This document shows, piece after piece, positions 41,135-49,400 of a DNA stretch of 64,000 nucleotides. A program made the translations under genes and the position numbers. The DNA is taken from the IMG/VR virus record IMGVR_UViG_3300042562_001598, positions 218,193 to 282,192 of that record; one strand, given 5' to 3'. The notes below the pieces were generated by a model. It did no database searches. It saw nothing but the letters and a program-made list of their open reading frames with translations, and was not told the DNA's origin. Positions within the stretch are counted from its first letter, which is position 1, and every line of letters begins with the position of its first letter.

Positions 41135-41727
41135 ATACCTGTTGAACCAAATCCATTAGAATTACGGTCTTTATCTTTTATTGATTTAACTTCATTTAGA
41201 TTAACCCATTCACCATTTGCCACCGGACAATAAACACCTTGAGCGACTTTCATTCCTTTAGTGATTGTAAATTCGTGAGGGTTAGTGTTGAATATAATTG
41301 CTTTCACTTCTCCTGTGTATCCACAATCTACAGTTCCTGGAGAATTTAACACCATTAACCCTTGATTGATTGCTAATCCACTTTTTGTTCTAACTTGAAT
41401 TTCATGACCCGTTTCAATATCAAATGATAATCCTGTTGGAACTAATGCTCTTCCAAATGCGGGAATTACAATTTCATCAACTGAATGTAAATCAAAACCT
41501 GAATCTGTTGGATAATTATAAAATGGTGTTACAGCATCAGGATGTAATTTTTTATAAGGTAATGATAATTGAGGTTTATGATTAATTAAATCACGCTCCA
41601 TTTCTTTAATATCAATACCAAATTCATTTTTTATATCATCATAATTAATTCCTTCAAAATCTTGATTTAACATATTTTGCAATTCTGCAGCTCTATCTTT
41701 CAACAAATTTAAACTTTCTTGTTCCAT
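41131..41727 (-). CDS. dut: Trimeric dUTPase with ~50-aa N-terminal extension
   Basis: SGFDL, R.KSGLA, NSPGTVD.GYTGE, AQ, R..NGFGSTG. Confidence 0.95.
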   Translation of the reverse strand: MEQESLNLLKDRAAELQNMLNQDFEGINYDDIKNEFGIDIKEMERDLINHKPQLSLPYKKLHPDAVTPFYNYPTDSGFDLHSVDEIVIPAFGRALVPTGLSFDIETGHEIQVRTKSGLAINQGLMVLNSPGTVDCGYTGEVKAIIFNTNPHEFTITKGMKVAQGVYCPVANGEWVNLNEVKSIKDKDRNSNGFGSTGI

Positions 41728-42437
41728 TACTTAAGTTCTTTTAATTTTTTTATTACATCAATTAATACTAATACATCACGTTCACAGTAAGCTGAAATTT
41801 CAGGTAACATATTTTGATTCCAATAGCTATCGTGAACTTTATCACCTGTTACCTCACCCTCTTTTGGAGAAGGAACTTCTAAACTATTACACATTAAATC
41901 TAACGACCCAATAGCGGTGTATGCCCCATATTGCCAAACATCTTTAGTATCAATTGCTTTTACTTCCCACGGTTTTGTATCATAAGAAGGTAAAAGGGTT
42001 GGTGGTAACAACCCATTAATAATCATTCGTTTTGCCATCATTGGGATATCAAAATTTTTAAGATTATGACCACATAAATGAAAGTCCAACCTACCACACT
42101 TATTAAGTAATGATTGACAATCTAACAAAACTTGTTTTTCATCATCACCTGAATATGTTGTTTTTTTAATAGAACCATCATCCATAACAAATGCGGCACT
42201 AATACAAACAATTTTGGCGAATTCCGGAACTAACGCTGTTCTTTTTGCAAATACTTGATTTTTTTGGTCTATTTCAATTTTTCCATCTTCAGGAAAACGC
42301 TTTAAGAACCAATCGTAGTATTTGTCAAATTGATGGGCTAACGATGGTCTTTTCTCAAGACAGGTATCATAATCTTTCTCAATTCCGACAGTTTCAATAT
42401 CAAGGAACAAAATTTTTGTGATAGGTATTCTTATCAT
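41727..42437 (-). CDS. 3'-5' exonuclease (PolB-related DEDDy)
   Basis: LDIET, HN..NFD.P, DT, YC..DV. Confidence 0.9.
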   Translation of the reverse strand: MIRIPITKILFLDIETVGIEKDYDTCLEKRPSLAHQFDKYYDWFLKRFPEDGKIEIDQKNQVFAKRTALVPEFAKIVCISAAFVMDDGSIKKTTYSGDDEKQVLLDCQSLLNKCGRLDFHLCGHNLKNFDIPMMAKRMIINGLLPPTLLPSYDTKPWEVKAIDTKDVWQYGAYTAIGSLDLMCNSLEVPSPKEGEVTGDKVHDSYWNQNMLPEISAYCERDVLVLIDVIKKLKELK

Positions 42438-42457
42438 TTTTTTATTTTTTTTTTTAA

Positions 42458-43639
42458 TTAAACACTAAACACTTTTTCTACAACATGATTGTAAAAGTCT
42501 TTTCTGGCTTCAGTTACTTTTGTTAAGTCATAACGGTCTTTTACAGTTTCGTATAATCTTTCACCCATATCGGTAATCAATCCAGGGTTTTCAACTAATT
42601 TTTTTATACTTTTTGACCAATCGCTATGGTTTCTTGTTTCCGGAACTAAGATAGCATTTCCATCTGTAAAATTACCATTAGTTAAACAATGTTTCAAATC
42701 AATTGTGTAAGGACCGATTTCAGAAGCGATTAACGCTTTTTTGTAGAAGCCAGCTTCAATAACTTTCAATTGAGATTTCATTCTGTTAAAGATATGGTTT
42801 TTAATCGGTGCCAAAGATATGTCAAATTTTGAATAATTCATAGCATAACTTGTAACTGGTTTTGTCCATACTCTTGAATAAGGTAATGTTTCATCAGTAA
42901 CATAATTTGTGTCCTTAAAATTCAATAAGTGTTTCTTGTAATCGTCACCAACAATTTTATAATTATTTGTGAATAATTCCTCATATCTTGCCCACACCGT
43001 TTCGTGAGGTAAAATATCTCTTCTTTTTTCTTCACGAGTTTCAGGATTAATTTCCGTTACAGTTCCTCTTGTATCAAAACCACAAAGAACATATTGGATT
43101 TTATCGTTAATCTGTGAATTTTTGTTGACAAATCCTTCCAACAACATCAAATCGTGTAAGTGAGAACTTCCACCTAACCAACCAACTCTGATTCTATCAG
43201 ATGGTAAAGTTTTTTCCTTGAACTGTGGTTCATTTGGGTTAATAGCATTTGGAAATACAATTACATTTTTATTAACCTTACGGATTTCATCAGCAAAAAT
43301 TTCAGTAGTTGTTGTAACATAACTTGCTTCTCTCAAGTTAGCAACAATCTTTTCGTGGATTTTATGTTGAACAATAATTGAGTGAATTGGGTGTTCCTTA
43401 GTTGGTAACCAATAATCGTCAATATCAAATATAACCACAATACCCATTGATTTTAATTGTCTAATCAATAAAGGTGTTGTTTCGTAAGTATTACCGATAT
43501 TTCTATGAACATGGACGATTTGGTATTTTGACCAATAAGACATATCATTTATTCTCGGTTCATAGTCAATATCCACATGGAAGTCATCTGGATACATATT
43601 TTGTAACATTGTGTGAGGGTCAATAGAGCGAAATTTACC
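42458..43639 (-). CDS. GT-B glycosyltransferase, main (3') reading frame
   Basis: FDIDDYW, PNAI, GWLGGSSHLHDL, DISLAP, FN..KS.LK.IE; frame is open upstream of ATG 43609 as GKFRSIDPHT. Confidence 0.85.
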   Translation of the reverse strand, partial: GKFRSIDPHTMLQNMYPDDFHVDIDYEPRINDMSYWSKYQIVHVHRNIGNTYETTPLLIRQLKSMGIVVIFDIDDYWLPTKEHPIHSIIVQHKIHEKIVANLREASYVTTTTEIFADEIRKVNKNVIVFPNAINPNEPQFKEKTLPSDRIRVGWLGGSSHLHDLMLLEGFVNKNSQINDKIQYVLCGFDTRGTVTEINPETREEKRRDILPHETVWARYEELFTNNYKIVGDDYKKHLLNFKDTNYVTDETLPYSRVWTKPVTSYAMNYSKFDISLAPIKNHIFNRMKSQLKVIEAGFYKKALIASEIGPYTIDLKHCLTNGNFTDGNAILVPETRNHSDWSKSIKKLVENPGLITDMGERLYETVKDRYDLTKVTEARKDFYNHVVEKVFSV

Positions 43640-43725
43640 TAACCTACCCCTGAGCGGTCAGACGCGAGTACTAAAACTCTTATCTTTTCACGACCATTCA
43701 GGGGCTGAATTGTTGTTTGTTGCAT
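43639..43725 (-). CDS. 28-aa N-terminal segment of the same glycosyltransferase, in a different frame
   Basis: MQQTTIQPLNGREKIRVLVLASDRSGVG* reads as the first beta-strand and Gly loop of a GT-B fold; removing one TAGGT copy yields ...SDRSGVGKFRSIDPH... Confidence 0.75.
   Translation of the reverse strand: MQQTTIQPLNGREKIRVLVLASDRSGVG
43647..43704 (-). other. GC-rich RNA stem-loop abutting the frame break
   Basis: mRNA arms CCCCUGAAUGGUC (43704-43692) and GACCGCUCAGGGG (43659-43647) pair 12/13 including one GU. Confidence 0.7.
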
Positions 43726-44611
43726 ACTTGTTTATTATTAGTATTAGTTTATCATTATTAGACTTGAGTTCATTCTCCCAAATCACTTCTAAATTATAAC
43801 CATAACTTTTGACTAAATCAAGTTTTTTTTTATCATAGTCCCACAACTCCCAAGCATATTTATTTTTTTTAGCATTAAAATAATCTTTTGAATATTTGAT
43901 TGGATTACAATGCCAATAATCTCCAAAGTATTCAATTATCAAATTGAGTGAAGGTATATAGATATCACATATTTTACTATCAACTCTATAGGATTGTATT
44001 GCCTCTACCCCCATTTCAGTTAGTAATTCTATTATTTCTTTTTCTTTTTTTGAGGTTATACCCGAATTTAATTTTCCTTTTCTTTGATTTTGTTTCATAA
44101 GTTCAGACATTGTATCTCTATCCCAGATATTATTATCCCAATTAGACCTAGCAATACCCCTACTCATTTGTCGGTATTTTTCTTGTTTCATGTGATTATC
44201 GTAACCAGTGTATTTATTAGTTCTACTCTCCGATATTTGTTTAATAGTACTTTCTTTATGTTTTTTACCGTAAAATGGGTTGTTCTCACCTAAATTACAT
44301 TTACCCATACACTTTTTACAATTACTATTGTCTCGTAATTTATTAAAGTGATTTCTACACGCAATAGTACTTTGTTTAGAATAAGTCTTAATTTCTTCCT
44401 TACACATTGGACATAATCTTGCAACATAAAAATTTTCCCCCTCTTTTACAATATCTAAAGATTTACATCTATCTCGTTGTCTCACTAAATTGTGTTTATG
44501 CAAAATAGCTAAAATAGTATGTTTTGGGACACCCGTCATTTTAGATATTATAATACTTCCATTTCCCTTTTTATATTCAGATATGATTTTTTCTTCAATT
44601 TCTATATTCAT
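43688..44611 (-). mobile_element. Free-standing homing endonuclease (NUMOD3 plus Vsr/DUF559-like nuclease)
   Basis: GENNPFYGKKH (NUMOD3), CxxC pairs, S..EKE, CDIYIP..NLIIEYFGDYWHCNP, IWE. Confidence 0.85.
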
Positions 44612-44671
44612 AATATATGTTGTTTTATTATAAATAGTCCGGTTCTATCAAAAGGAACAATATTATAAAAT

Positions 44672-44703
44672 AAAAAACCCAACCTTAATTAAAAGATTGG
44701 GTT
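44672..44703 (-). terminator. Rho-independent terminator
   Basis: Minus strand AACCCAATCTT...AAGGTTGGGTTTTTT. Confidence 0.75.
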
Positions 44704-44723
44704 CTTAAAAATAAAAAATATGT

Positions 44724-45329
44724 TTAAGCTATTTTTTTAATTTTTGTTACTTTCCCCTCAAAGATATGTTTTCCTACTTTGAAAGAAAAAACCTCATTTG
44801 ATTTAGTTGTTGATTCGGTTAATAGACCATTTTCTGCTAAAACTTCCTCAATTGTTTCTCTAATCATTTTTTTCAACTCATTAGTAGATGGTGCTGAAGT
44901 TACTTGTTCTTGAACAGGTCTCTTAGTCGTTGTTGGAGTTATTTGGTCACCATTTGCGTTAACATTCATTAACCTAGCAGCTTTCTCAATTACATCATTT
45001 GATAATGTTGTTCCGCCACCCATACTTGTTGGTTGAGCTATAGGGTGTTCAATCATTAATTGTTTAATAGCGTCAGGTAATTTAGATGACATAACTCTAT
45101 CTCTAGTTAATGGTTGTTGTGTTGTTGGTGGAGTATATGTTGACGGAGCAACATTCTCCATTAAATCTTGTGGTAAGTTATAGGTTGCTGGAGGAGCATC
45201 ATAAGTTGCTACATTAATACTTTCATTAATATTAGGGTTAGTAATACCATTTCTACCCATAGTATTATGTTTATCCATAATTTGTTTGGATACCATTAAT
45301 TTTTTGATTAAATCGTCTTCACTATTCAT
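44724..45329 (-). CDS. Hypothetical protein
   Basis: 201-aa ORF in operon; several L/I-x-E motifs. Confidence 0.65.
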   Translation of the reverse strand: MNSEDDLIKKLMVSKQIMDKHNTMGRNGITNPNINESINVATYDAPPATYNLPQDLMENVAPSTYTPPTTQQPLTRDRVMSSKLPDAIKQLMIEHPIAQPTSMGGGTTLSNDVIEKAARLMNVNANGDQITPTTTKRPVQEQVTSAPSTNELKKMIRETIEEVLAENGLLTESTTKSNEVFSFKVGKHIFEGKVTKIKKIA

Positions 45330-45334
45330 TTTTA

Positions 45335-45715
45335 TTAAAATTTTGCGTTTATTATAACTCTTGACATACTTTTATCTCCGTTTGGATTGTATAGAGGTCT
45401 TGGAGTATCAAAGTTTTCACCTGTTGGGTTGAACGATAATATTTTATCCACTCTAAAGATTCTCCATCCCGGTAAGGGTTGTTCTCCTTTATAACTAGTG
45501 TGTGAAGCACCTTCATCATCCCAAGCTCTAAGAACGGGATTTCCGGCTTTACTATAACCAAAACATACGGGTTCTATATTACGAAGACCCTTACCTCCCG
45601 GTTCATCACCAGCATAATATATAACAACCTTGTCTTTTTGTTTGATAGCTTTAACGACGGAGTCAATAGAAGCTATTTCAACAATAAGTGATTTAAAAGT
45701 GTTGTAAAGTTTCAT
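45335..45715 (-). CDS. Stand-alone WYL-domain protein
   Basis: AI.....V.IYY, RNIEP, LRAW, WRIFRVDKI. Confidence 0.75.
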   Translation of the reverse strand: MKLYNTFKSLIVEIASIDSVVKAIKQKDKVVIYYAGDEPGGKGLRNIEPVCFGYSKAGNPVLRAWDDEGASHTSYKGEQPLPGWRIFRVDKILSFNPTGENFDTPRPLYNPNGDKSMSRVIINAKF

Positions 45716-45728
45716 TTATAATAACTTA

Positions 45729-46022
45729 TTAAGCTGTTGGTTTAGTGTAAGGATTAGTATTTTTATATTCGTTAATAACTATTCCCGCTTTTCTTTCAAT
45801 GATATCTTGTACAGCTCCGGCTGCTTGGTTATTTGTATCTAAAAATCCACCTGTTCCTTTACCTTGAGCATCACCATCACCTAAGGCGTCAGGATTAACC
45901 GCTGAATATTGGTTAGTAGTTTTATAATCGTTTTTAATGATAAGTTTTTTTCTTTCAGTCTCAGCAATTGAGGATAAGTCATTTTTTGGTTGTTCAAAGT
46001 CTATTGGTTCGTTAACTGGCAT
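45729..46022 (-). CDS. Hypothetical protein
   Basis: 97-aa ORF in operon. Confidence 0.6.
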   Translation of the reverse strand: MPVNEPIDFEQPKNDLSSIAETERKKLIIKNDYKTTNQYSAVNPDALGDGDAQGKGTGGFLDTNNQAAGAVQDIIERKAGIVINEYKNTNPYTKPTA

Positions 46023-46024
46023 AA

Positions 46025-46495
46025 TTAAATAATTTTTTTAATCAAATCGTTTATTCTTTTCAGATTTTCATTTATTGCGGAATCTATTTCATTAACCGCG
46101 GAGTTATGGCTTTTGCTTGGCCTATTTAAATTTTCAATATTATCTTTTTGATGGGTATCATTATATTGATTAGGTAATACCACAGATTTAATTTCTTTTC
46201 CTAAATCAATATCATTTCTTTTTGTTTCTAAAGTATTGTTAACCCAATTTTTCACATATTCACCCCCATTTAAAATAAAGGTAAGGTCATTATTGGTTCC
46301 GTTGAAACTATCAAACCAATTTTTCATTCGTTTTAATTGTTGGTATGATACTTCTTTTGTATTTCTTAATTCTATATTTCTTTTGTAACCTTCAGTTGTT
46401 TTGTCGGCATTTTTTGCAACCTCAAAACATTTTTCTAAATAATTTAATACTTCTTGAGGTATTACAAAAGTTTTTCCATATAAATCACTATTCAT
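46025..46495 (-). CDS. Hypothetical protein
   Basis: 156-aa ORF coupled to neighbours. Confidence 0.6.
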   Translation of the reverse strand: MNSDLYGKTFVIPQEVLNYLEKCFEVAKNADKTTEGYKRNIELRNTKEVSYQQLKRMKNWFDSFNGTNNDLTFILNGGEYVKNWVNNTLETKRNDIDLGKEIKSVVLPNQYNDTHQKDNIENLNRPSKSHNSAVNEIDSAINENLKRINDLIKKII

Positions 46496-47330
46496 TTGAT
46501 TTCAGGGTTTTAATTAATTGATTAACACTAATACCTTCTTTATCTGCTAATTTTTTAATAACTTGTAAATTTTTCATTAAAATTTTACTAACACTATTTT
46601 CTTTTGAAACAACATCTGATGTATCTTTAGATTTTTTGGTTACGATATCCTCAACCATTTTCTTCATCATACTTTTTTGTTGTTCTTCAAGACTATCTTT
46701 TTCGGATAATCTTTGTTTTACGAAAGCACCTGGTTTTTTAGATTTGTCTAATTTTTCGGTTTTACCCATTTCATTAGCTCTTCCTTCAGGGTCTTCAACA
46801 CCCATTTTTTCTAAAGTTTCAACGGTATCTTCATAATCCATATCTTTTGTTTCTTCATAACCGAAGGCTTCAGAATAATCAACTTCAGACACAATATTTA
46901 TTTTACCATTAACACTTTCTCCCCAATATACGCGATATCCTCTTGTAACAGGGTCGTTTGAAACTCTTGACATAGGAACAGTCTGGTCCATAGTTTTTTT
47001 AGGGTGAAGTTTACTGTTTAAAATTGGAATGTTAGACCCCAACATAGAACCGTCACTATCCACTAATTCATCTAATTCACCATCACCGTTAATTTTATCA
47101 AAATGGTTTTTTAATTTAGCTTTTGTAATTTTCTTTTTTGATTTTAGGATATTTTCAATACTATTTTTAACTTTTTTTGTATCTTTTTTATCAAAATCAA
47201 TCTTATCGTCATTTTTCCTTGATTCGGTTAAAGTTTCCGCAACTGAATAGTATAACGATATTTTACTCTTACTTTCTTTTAAGAAAAAGTAAAGATTGTT
47301 ACTAAAATATTCTGTATTAAATTCAATCAT
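46488..47330 (-). CDS. Hypothetical protein (likely start MIEFN at 47330)
   Basis: ATG 47330 lies downstream of the minus-strand TATTTAT. Confidence 0.6.
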   Translation of the reverse strand: MIEFNTEYFSNNLYFFLKESKSKISLYYSVAETLTESRKNDDKIDFDKKDTKKVKNSIENILKSKKKITKAKLKNHFDKINGDGELDELVDSDGSMLGSNIPILNSKLHPKKTMDQTVPMSRVSNDPVTRGYRVYWGESVNGKINIVSEVDYSEAFGYEETKDMDYEDTVETLEKMGVEDPEGRANEMGKTEKLDKSKKPGAFVKQRLSEKDSLEEQQKSMMKKMVEDIVTKKSKDTSDVVSKENSVSKILMKNLQVIKKLADKEGISVNQLIKTLKSNE

Positions 47331-47346
47331 AATATCTTTTTTATAT

Positions 47347-47372
47347 ATAAATAGTCGGTTCAATATATTTAT
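47347..47372. promoter_or_regulatory. Back-to-back divergent TATTTAT (putative late) promoters
   Basis: Minus copy at 47347-47353 and plus copy at 47366-47372, at the strand switch. Confidence 0.65.
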
Positions 47373-47385
47373 TATTAAAAAGATT

Positions 47386-49389
47386 GTGAATCAAAATATA
47401 AATCAATATAATAGTCAGAATTGGGGATTGAAATTTAGTTTGGATTATCCCGATATGTCTTTGGTTTCTGACGAAAGAAACTATAATGAAGAAGTTGTTT
47501 TTTCACCTTATTTAATTGCCCAAACTTACGGTAATAGATTGCCGGTATATTTTGATATTAATAATATACTATCAGTTCAGAATCAAGTATTAAACTACAA
47601 ACAATATAACAATAACAATATTTTTGTTTCTTTGAACTATTACAATCCGAATAATCTTGATTTAACTTGTTTCACCGCACAAACATCTTGTGATATTGGA
47701 TTAACAGGAATAGATAACGGATTGGTTAGTGGTATGACGGGTCAGTCAATCACATTTACAAATGGTTTATTAAATAATTTACAGAAATTTGATAGATTAT
47801 CTTTTGATAGACGATTAAAATTATTTCAAGTAACAGGACATACAAGTTCTAATGTTCGTTTTTCAGGGTTTAATAAAACGATATTATATGAAGTGGTTAG
47901 TAAAACTGGAACAACAGGTTCTTACCACGAATTATATGGTGGGTTTTATCAAGGGTTTTATGAATTATTTGGTTATGATTATGAAATTTTCCCTGAACGA
48001 ATGAATAAAGGTTGGTCGGTTGAGATGTTATTGAAACCAAGATTAACTAACGAATATTTTCCAACATCTGCTGAAACAACATTAAATGTTATATACCCCC
48101 AAAATAAGAACACCTTTTTCTATTTTGGAACAAGAGCTGAGAATAAGTTCTATCATCACGCTGACGGGTCACCATCAGGTATTACAGGTTATACGAGAGT
48201 TACATCCGGATTAACGGGATTGGAGACTTGTGCTTGTTGTAATACTGGTGTTACCGATAGTAGATGTCTTTTTGTTTATCCCCCAACATCACAAGATAAT
48301 ATTTACGATTACCATAAAAACTATGGTTGTTGTTCATGTGGTTCAACAATAATTACGGGAAGTTCTTGTAATTGTTCTTGTCAGAGTCCTGATTATGGAA
48401 CTTGTGGGTGGGAGTGTAAGTGGCATGGATGTGAATCCTCAATACAATCAACTTGTGAGACCGACCCATTATTTGACTCAATGTCAAATGCGTTATCTTT
48501 TAGATTATCGGGTGACCCTAAAAATCCGGCGATATGTGTTAAGATATTAACATTTACTGGGGGATGTCAGACAACAGGGTTTTGTTCCTCAACGGGTATT
48601 ACCTATACAACGGGTTATACAATAACTGAATATGTTACACCGACCATTTACCCTTATTGTGAGGTAAAAAACCCTTCGTATTTGAACGAAGAACATTGGT
48701 TTCAAGTCAATGTAACCTGGGAGAGATATGATTACATACAGGACGCGTTATTGGGTTCTGAAGGTGGATTATGTGATATTACCACAACACCACATTTGGA
48801 ATCTTTGGTAAATAATACCGTTGCGTTAATAACAACACCATATACCACTGAAGGGAATGAAAGTGCTGCTAAAAAAGTAACATTAGTTAATTTAAACGAA
48901 CAATGGTTATTAGAAAAAAAATATAGAAAAGGTAGATTAAAAATTTATGTAAACGGTAGGTTAATTCACACCGTTAATGATGTTGAGGAAATTATACCAA
49001 GAGCATTAAACACCGATAAGGAAAAACAAGTGGGTGTTCCATTTAACATCTCTTGGGGTGGAGGAACTCAAGGATTGAGAGAAAATTTAACCTTTTCATC
49101 AACAACCGGAACAACTTATATTCAAGACCCGGAATGTTTACCAAATAACGACTTGTCGGGGACAACATTAAGTGGAATATCAACCAATATTTTATTGGAA
49201 CAAAATTTCGGTGGAACTTTTGAGGGGGGAATATCCCAATTCAGAATGTATGTAACACCATTATCGGCACCTGAAGTAAAACATAATTTTGACTTATTGA
49301 AGGATAACTTTTCAATGTTTAATCCAAATTGTCCTGATTGTGATACAACATTTTGTAAGGTGAATGACTTTGGTTATACCATTAATTAA
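47386..49389 (+). CDS. Cys-rich virion protein with LamG/ConA-like motifs (probable GTG start 47386)
   Basis: WSVEMLLKP, KIYVNG, F.GGISQFRMY..PLS..EV..NF; central CACC/CCSC/CNCSC cluster. Confidence 0.6.
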   Translation: MNQNINQYNSQNWGLKFSLDYPDMSLVSDERNYNEEVVFSPYLIAQTYGNRLPVYFDINNILSVQNQVLNYKQYNNNNIFVSLNYYNPNNLDLTCFTAQTSCDIGLTGIDNGLVSGMTGQSITFTNGLLNNLQKFDRLSFDRRLKLFQVTGHTSSNVRFSGFNKTILYEVVSKTGTTGSYHELYGGFYQGFYELFGYDYEIFPERMNKGWSVEMLLKPRLTNEYFPTSAETTLNVIYPQNKNTFFYFGTRAENKFYHHADGSPSGITGYTRVTSGLTGLETCACCNTGVTDSRCLFVYPPTSQDNIYDYHKNYGCCSCGSTIITGSSCNCSCQSPDYGTCGWECKWHGCESSIQSTCETDPLFDSMSNALSFRLSGDPKNPAICVKILTFTGGCQTTGFCSSTGITYTTGYTITEYVTPTIYPYCEVKNPSYLNEEHWFQVNVTWERYDYIQDALLGSEGGLCDITTTPHLESLVNNTVALITTPYTTEGNESAAKKVTLVNLNEQWLLEKKYRKGRLKIYVNGRLIHTVNDVEEIIPRALNTDKEKQVGVPFNISWGGGTQGLRENLTFSSTTGTTYIQDPECLPNNDLSGTTLSGISTNILLEQNFGGTFEGGISQFRMYVTPLSAPEVKHNFDLLKDNFSMFNPNCPDCDTTFCKVNDFGYTIN

Positions 49390-49400
49390 AAAAATAAAAT

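Noticed and set aside
43639-43641. TAG reassignment or readthrough explaining the GT break
   Set aside because: The continuation is in another frame, and other genes are intact in the standard code, some ending in TAG (e.g. portal).
43639-43643. The 5-nt insert can be read as AG|GTTAG|GT, a GT-AG intron
   Set aside because: Five nucleotides is far too short and a bacterial host has no spliceosome; it is a by-product of the duplication.
43637-44720. Group I intron carrying the endonuclease inside the GT gene
   Set aside because: Both GT segments lie downstream of the endonuclease, no upstream exon exists (a terminator and promoter motif are there instead), and there is no room for a ribozyme core.
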